Below are positions 57,201 to 64,000 of a stretch of 64,000 nucleotides of DNA, piece after piece; the first letter of the stretch is position 1, and every line of letters starts with the position of its first letter. The stretch is from Auanema rhodensis (Eukaryota; Animalia; Nematoda), in the NCBI GenBank assembly GCA_964057225.1, contig OZ059898.1, positions 1,798,001-1,862,000 of the forward strand, written 5' to 3'. Made by a program: the position numbers and the translations under genes. The notes under the pieces were generated by a model. That model did not search any database. It worked only from the letters and a program-made list of their open reading frames with translations, and was not told where the DNA came from.

Positions 57201-60200
57201 AGCAATGTTGAGTGTACATGGAAACTCAACATACACTAATGCATCATTTTTCAAACGATCATAACTAATTTTTGTATTAAGCGTTTCTCAATGTAGTATA
57301 GTGCATTCGATGCGGATTTTTAAGCTGCGTCGATCTGTGTTATCAGATTTGCGCTAGCTTAAAAATGCACCGAGATATCAACTGATATAAGTTCACACTT
57401 ATATCCTCGATTTTCACCCTGAAGAATTAATTTTTTCGTTGAATAACATTGTCCATCGTCTTTGCCTTGAAAAAAGGAATCTAAAAACATCTACTTTTTG
57501 CTAAATTATTTTGAAATTTTTCGAAAAAATTTTTGTCAAAATGTTTTTGGAAGCAATGTTGAGTGTACATGGAAACTCAACATACACTAATGCATCATTT
57601 TTCAAACGATCATAACTAATTTTTGTATTAAGCGTTTCTCAATGTAGTATAGTGCATTCGATGCGGATTTGTAAGCTGCGTCGATCTGTGTTATCAGATT
57701 TGCGCTAGCTTAAAAATGCACCGAGATATCAACTGATATAAGTTCACACTTATATCCTCGATTTTCACCCTGAAGAATTAATTTTTTCGTTGAATAACAT
57801 TGTCCATCGTCTTTGCCTTGAAAAAAGGAATCTAAAAACATCTACTTTTTGCTAAATTATTTTGAAATTTTTCGAAAAAAGTTTTGTCAAAATGTTTTTG
57901 GAAGCAATGTTGAGTGTACATGGAAACTCAACATACACTAATGCATCATTTTTCAAACGATCATAACTAATTTTTGTATTAAGCGTTTCTCAATGTAGTA
58001 TAGTGCATTCGATGCGGATTTTTAAGCTGCGTCGATCTGTGTTATCAGATTTGCGCTAGCTTAAAAATGCACCGAGATATCAACTGATATAAGTTCACAC
58101 TTATATCCTCGATTTTCACCCTGAAGAATTAATTTTTTCGTTGAATAACATTGTCCATCGTCTTTGCCTTGAAAAAAGGAATCTAAAAACATCTACTTTT
58201 TGCTAAATTATTTTGAAATTTTTTGAAAAAATTTTTGTCAAAATGTTTTTGGAAGCAATGTTGAGTGTACATGGAAACTCAACATACACTAATGCATCAT
58301 TTTTCAAACGATCATAACTAATTTTTGTATTAAGCGTTTCTCAATGTAGTATAGTGCATTCGATGCGGATTTTTAAGCTGCGTCGATCTGTGTTATCAGA
58401 TTTGCGCTAGCTTAAAAATGCACCGAGATATCAACTGATATAAGTTCACACTTATATCCTCGATTTTCACCCTGAAGAATTAATTTTTTCGTTGAATAAC
58501 ATTGTCCATCGTCTTTGCCTTGAAAAAAGGAATCTAAAAACATCTACTTTTTGCTAAATTATTTTGAAATTTTTCGAAAAAATTTTTGTCAAAATGTTTT
58601 TGGAAGCAATGTTGAGTGTACATGGAAACTCAACATACACTAATGCATCATTTTTCAAACGATCATAACTAATTTTTGTATTAAGCGTTTCTCAATGTAG
58701 TATAGTGCATTCGATGCGGATTTTTAAGCTGCGTCGATCTGTGTTATCAGATTTGCGCTAGCTTAAAAATGCACCGAGATATCAACTGATATAAGTTCAC
58801 ACTTATATCCTCGATTTTCACCCTGGAGAATTAATTTTTTCGTTGAATAACATTGTCCATCGTCTTTGCCTTGAAAAAAGGAATCTAAAAACATCTACTT
58901 TTTGCTAAATTATTTTGAAATTTTTCGAAAAAATTTTTGTCAAAATGTTTTTGGAAGCAATGTTGAGTGTACATGGAAACTCAACATACACTAATGCATC
59001 ATTTTTCAAACGATCATAACTAATTTTTGTATTAAGCGTTTCTCAATGTAGTATAGTGCATTCGATGCGGATTTTTAAGCTGCGTCGATCTGTGTTATCA
59101 GATTTGCGCTAGCTTAAAAATGCACCGAGATATCAACTGATATAAGTTCACACTTATATCCTCGATTTTCACCCTGAAGAATTAATTTTTTCGTTGAATA
59201 ACATTGTCCATCGTCTTTGCCTTGAAAAAAGGAATCTAAAAACATCTACTTTTTGCTAAATTATCTTGAAATTTTTTGAAAAAATTTTTGTCAAAATGTT
59301 TTTGGAAGCAATGTTGAGTGTACATGGAAACTCAACATACACTAATGCATCATTTTTCAAACGATCATAACTAATTTTTGTATTAAGCGTTTCTCAATGT
59401 AGTATAGTGCATTCGATGCGGATTTTTAAGCTGCGTCGATCTGTGTTATCAGATTTGCGCTAGCTTAAAAATGCACCGAGATATCAACTGATATAAGTTC
59501 ACACTTATATCCTCGATTTTCACCCTGAAGAATTAATTTTTTCGTTGAATAACATTGTCCATTGTCTTTGCCTTGAAAAAAGGAATCTAAAAACATCTAC
59601 TTTTTGCTAAATTATTTTGAAATTTTTCGAAAAAATTTTTGTCAAAATGTTTTTGGAAGCAATGTTGAGTGTACATGGAAACTCAACATACACTAATGCA
59701 TCATTTTTCAAACGATCATAACTAATTTTTGTATTAAGCGTTTCTCAATGTAGTATAGTGCATTCGATGCGGATTTTTAAGCTGAGTCGATCTGTGTTAT
59801 CAGATTTGCGCTAGCTTAAAAATGCACCGAGATATCAACTGATATAAGTTCACACTTATATCCTCGATTTTCACCCTGAAGAATTAATTTTTTCGTTGAA
59901 TAACATTGTCCATCGTCTTTGCCTTGAAAAAAGGAATCTAAAAACATCTACTTTTTGCTAAATTATTCTGAAATTTTTCGAAAAAATTTTTGTCAAAATG
60001 TTTTTGGAAGCAATGTTGAGTGTACATGGAAACTCAACATACACTAATGCATCATTTTTCAAACGATCATAACTAATTTTTGTATTAAGCGTTTCTCAAT
60101 GTAGTATAGTGCATTCGATGCGGATTTTTAAGCTGCGTCGATCTGTGTTATCAGATTTGCGCTAGCTTAAAAATGCACCGAGATATCAACTGATATAAGT

Positions 60201-60366
60201 TCACACTTATATCCTCGATTTTCACCCTGAAGAATTAATTTTTTCGTTGAATAACATTGTCCATCGTCTTTGCCTTGAAAAAAGGAATCTAAAAACATCT
60301 ACTTTTTGCTAAATTATTTTGAAATTTTTTGAAAAAATTTTTGTCAAAATGTTTTTGGAAGCAATG
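50539..60366. repeat. 7-mer duplication (M145-151 / M152-158) overlapped by a 12-mer-period duplication (M150-160 / M162-172, 4212 bp)
   Basis: G113+G323 at M146, 153, 165; G215 at M149, 156, 168; A121+C304 at M159, 171; TT then T250 pairs in matching order. Confidence 0.83.
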
Positions 60367-63300
60367 TTGAGTGTACATGGAAACTCAACATACACTAATG
60401 CATCATTTTTCAAACGATCATAACTAATTTTTGTATTAAGCGTTTCTCAATGTAGTATAGTGCATTCGATGCGGATTTTTAAGCTGCGTCGATCTGTGTT
60501 ATCAGATTTGCGCTAGCTTAAAAATGCACCGAGATATCAACTGATATAAGTTCACACTTATATCCTCGATTTTCACCCTGAAGAATTAATTTTTTCGTTG
60601 AATAACATTGTCCATCGTCTTTGCCTTGAAAAAAGGAATCTAAAAACATCTACTTTTTGCTAAATTATTTTGAAATTTTTCGAAAAAATTTTTGTCAAAA
60701 TGTTTTTGGAAGCAATGTTGAGTGTACATGGAAACTCAACATACACTAATGCATCATTTTTCAAACGATCATAACTAATTTTTGTATTAAGCGTTTCTCA
60801 ATGTAGTATAGTGCATTCGATGCGGATTTTTAAGCTGCGTCGATCTGTGTTATCAGATTTGCGCTAGCTTAAAAATGCACCGAGATATCAACTGATATAA
60901 GTTCACACTTATATCCTCGATTTTCACCCTGAAGAATTAAGTTTTTCGTTGAATAACATTGTCCATCGTCTTTGCCTTGAAAAAAGGAATCTAAAAACAT
61001 CTACTTTTTGCTAAATTATTTTGAAATTTTTCGAAAAAATTTTTGTCAAAATGTTTTTGGAAGCAATGTTGAGTGTACATGGAAACTCAACATACACTAA
61101 TGCATCATTTTTCAAACGATCATAACTAATTTTTGTATTAAGCGTTTCTCAATGTAGTATAGTGCATTCGATGCGGATTTTTAAGCTGCGTCGATCTGTG
61201 TTATCAGATTTGCGCTAGCTTAAAAATGCACCGAGATATCTACTGATATAAGTTCACACTTATATCCTCGATTTTCACCCTGAAGAATTAATTTTTTCGT
61301 TGAATAACATTGTCCATCGTCTTTGCCTTGAAAAAAGGAATCTAAAAACATCTACTTTTTGCTAAATTATTTTGAAATTTTTCGAAAAAATTTTTGTCAA
61401 AATGTTTTTGGAAGCAATGTTGAGTGTACATGGAAACTCAACATACACTAATGCATCATTTTTCAAACGATCATAACTAATTTTTGTATTAAGCGTTTCT
61501 CAATGTAGTATAGTGCATTCGATGCGGATTTTTAAGCTGCGTCGATCTGTGTTATCAGATTTGCGCTAGCTTAAAAATGCACCGAGATATCAACTGATAT
61601 AAGTTCACACTTATATCCTCGATTTTCACCCTGAAGATTTAATTTTTTCGTTGAATAACATTGTCCATCGTCTTTGCCTTGAAAAAAGGAATCTAAAAAC
61701 ATCTACTTTTTGCTAAATTATTTTGAAATTTTTCGAAAAAATTTTTGTCAAAATGTTTTTGGAAGCAATGTTGAGTGTACATGGAAACTCAACATACACT
61801 AATGCATCATTTTTCAAACGATCATAACTAATTTTTGTATTAAGCGTTTCTCAATGTAGTATAGTGCATTCGATGCGGATTTTTAAGCTGCGTCGATCTG
61901 TGTTATCAGATTTGCGCTAGCTTAAAAATGCACCGAGATATCAACTGATATAAGTTCACACTTATATCCTCGATTTTCACCCTGAAGAATTAATTTTTTT
62001 GTTGAATAACATTGTCCATCGCCTTTGCCTTGAAAAAAGGAATCTAAAAACATCTACTTTTTGCTAAATTATTTTGAAATTTTTCGAAAAAATTTTTGTC
62101 AAAATGTTTTTGGAAGCAATGTTGAGTGTACATGGAAACTCAACATACACTAATGCATCATTTTTCAAACGATCATAACTAATTTTTGTATTAAGCGTTT
62201 CTCAATGTAGTATAGTGCATTCGATGCGGATTTGTAAGCTGCGTCGATCTGTGTTATCAGATTTGCGCTAGCTTAAAAATGCACCGAGATATCAATTGAT
62301 ATAAGTTCACACTTATATCCTCGATTTTCACCCTGGAGAATTAATTTTTTTGTTGAATAACATTGTCCATCGTCTTTGCCTTGAAAAAAGGAATCTAAAA
62401 ACATCTACTTTTTGCTAAATTATTTTGAAATTTCTCGAAAAAATTTTTGTCAAAATGTTTTTGGAAGCAATGTTGAGTGTACATGGAAACTCAACATACA
62501 CTAATGCATCATTTTTCAAACGATCATAACTAATTTTTGTATTAAGCGTTTCTCAATGTAGTATAGTGCATTCGATGCGGATTTTTAAGCTGCGTCGATC
62601 TGTGTTATCAGATTTGCGCTAGCTTAAAAATGCACCGAGATATCAACTGATATAAGTTCACACTTATATCCTCGATTTTCACCCTGAAGAATTAATTTTT
62701 TCGTTGAATAACATTGTCCATCGTCTTTGCCTTGAAAAAAGGAATCTAAAAACATCTACTTTTTGCTAAATTATTTTGAAATTTTGTGAAAAAATTTTTG
62801 TCAAAATGTTTTTGGAAGCAATGTTGAGTGTACATGGAAACTCAACATACACTAATGCATCATTTTTCAAACGATCATAACTAATTTTTGTATTAAGCGT
62901 TTCTCAATGTAGTATAGTGCATTCGATGCGGATTTTTAAGCTGCGTCGATCTGTGTTATCAGATTTGCGCTAGCTTAAAAATGCACCGAGATATCAACTG
63001 ATATAAGTTCACACTTATATCCTCGATTTTCACCCTGAAGAATTAATTTTTTCGTTGAATAACATTGTCCATCGTCTTTGCCTTGAAAAAAGGAATCTAA
63101 AAACATCTACTTTTTGCTAAATTATTCTGAAATTTTTCGAAAAAATTTTTGTCAAAATGTTTTTGGAAGCAATGTTGAGTGTACATGGAAACTCAACATA
63201 CACTAATGCATCATTTTTCAAACGATCATAACTAATTTTTGTATTAAGCGTTTCTCAATGTAGTATAGTGCATTCGATGCGGATTTTTAAGCTGCGTCGA

Positions 63301-64000
63301 TCTGTGTTATCAGATTTGCGCTAGCTTAAAAATGCACCGAGATATCAACTGATATAAGTTCACACTTATATCCTCGATTTTCACCCTGAAGAATTAATTT
63401 TTTCGTTGAATAACATTGTCCATTGTCTTTGCCTTGAAAAAAGGAATCTAAAAACATCTACTTTTTGCTAAATTATTTTGAAATTTTTCGAAAAAATTTT
63501 TGTCAAAATGTTTTTGGAAGCAATGTTGAGTGTACATGGAAACTCAACATACACTAATGCATCATTTTTCAAACGATCATAACTAATTTTTGTATTAAGC
63601 GTTTCTCAATGTAGTATAGTGCATTCGATGCGGATTTTTAAGCTGCGTCGATCTGTGTTATCAGATTTGCGCTAGCTTAAAAATGCACCGAGATATCAAC
63701 TGATATAAGTTCACACTTATATCCTCGATTTTCACCCTGAAGAATTAATTTTTTCGTTGAATAACATTGTCCATCGTCTTTGCCTTGAAAAAAGGAATCT
63801 AAAAACATCTACTTTTTGCTAAATTATTTTGAAATTTTTTGAAAAAATTTTTGTCAAAATGTTTTTGGAAGCAATGTTGAGTGTACATGGAAACTCAACA
63901 TACACTAATGCATCATTTTTCAAACGATCATAACTAATTTTTGTATTAAGCGTTTCTCAATGTAGTATAGTGCATTCGATGCGGATTTTTAAGCTGCGTC

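Larger units (their letters stand above)
1..64000. repeat. Tandem satellite DNA array, 351-bp AT-rich monomer, 182 full copies + 124-bp partial; runs off both window edges
   Basis: TTGAGTGTACATGG recurs at 1, 352, 3511, 7021, 10531 (351 spacing), then at 16141, 23161, 30181, 37201, 44221, 51241, 58261, 63877 (same spacing shifted by -6). No unique sequence or inversion seen. Confidence 0.99.

Noticed and set aside
49135-57909. G113+G323 marker spacings of 5, 7, 12 monomers resembling an additive code
   Set aside because: Explained by overlapping ordinary duplications; the 12-mer is the 7-mer plus five other monomers, not the upstream 5-mer.
1-64000. CRISPR array or repeat-spacer system
   Set aside because: No unique spacers, the 351-bp units are near-identical along their full length, and there are no cas genes.
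1-64000. Purely artefactual concatemer (rolling-circle product or assembly loop)
   Set aside because: Variants are ordered, nested and domain-restricted, which random error or copying one template would not produce. Exact HOR copy numbers still need read validation.

Overview
The whole 64,000-bp window is one uninterrupted head-to-tail satellite DNA array. It holds 182 complete copies plus a 124-bp partial copy of a 351-bp monomer (about 31% GC by hand count), all in one orientation, each within 0-5 substitutions of the consensus. The only indel is a 6-bp deletion at 12041/12042. I found no genes, RNA genes, transposons or CRISPR arrays; the eight 63-aa ORFs arise from one stop-removing SNP in the repeat. 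This looks like eukaryotic (peri)centromeric or heterochromatic satellite; I cannot assign the species or family. I number monomers M1-M183 (start = 1+351(n-1) for n<=35; 351(n-1)-5 for n>=36) and give positions within a monomer as pN. Reading each monomer by eye shows a patchwork of young local higher-order repeats (2-, 4-, 5-, 7-, 9-, 10- and 12-mers), chimeric monomers marking breakpoints, and position-restricted alleles. The monomer has four dyad elements, a nearly invariant ~73-bp block, a hypervariable palindrome centre, and a possible ancient ~162+189 bp dimer structure. All variant calls are manual and need computational confirmation. I see no support for a novel gene system; the interest lies in array architecture and mutation mechanism.
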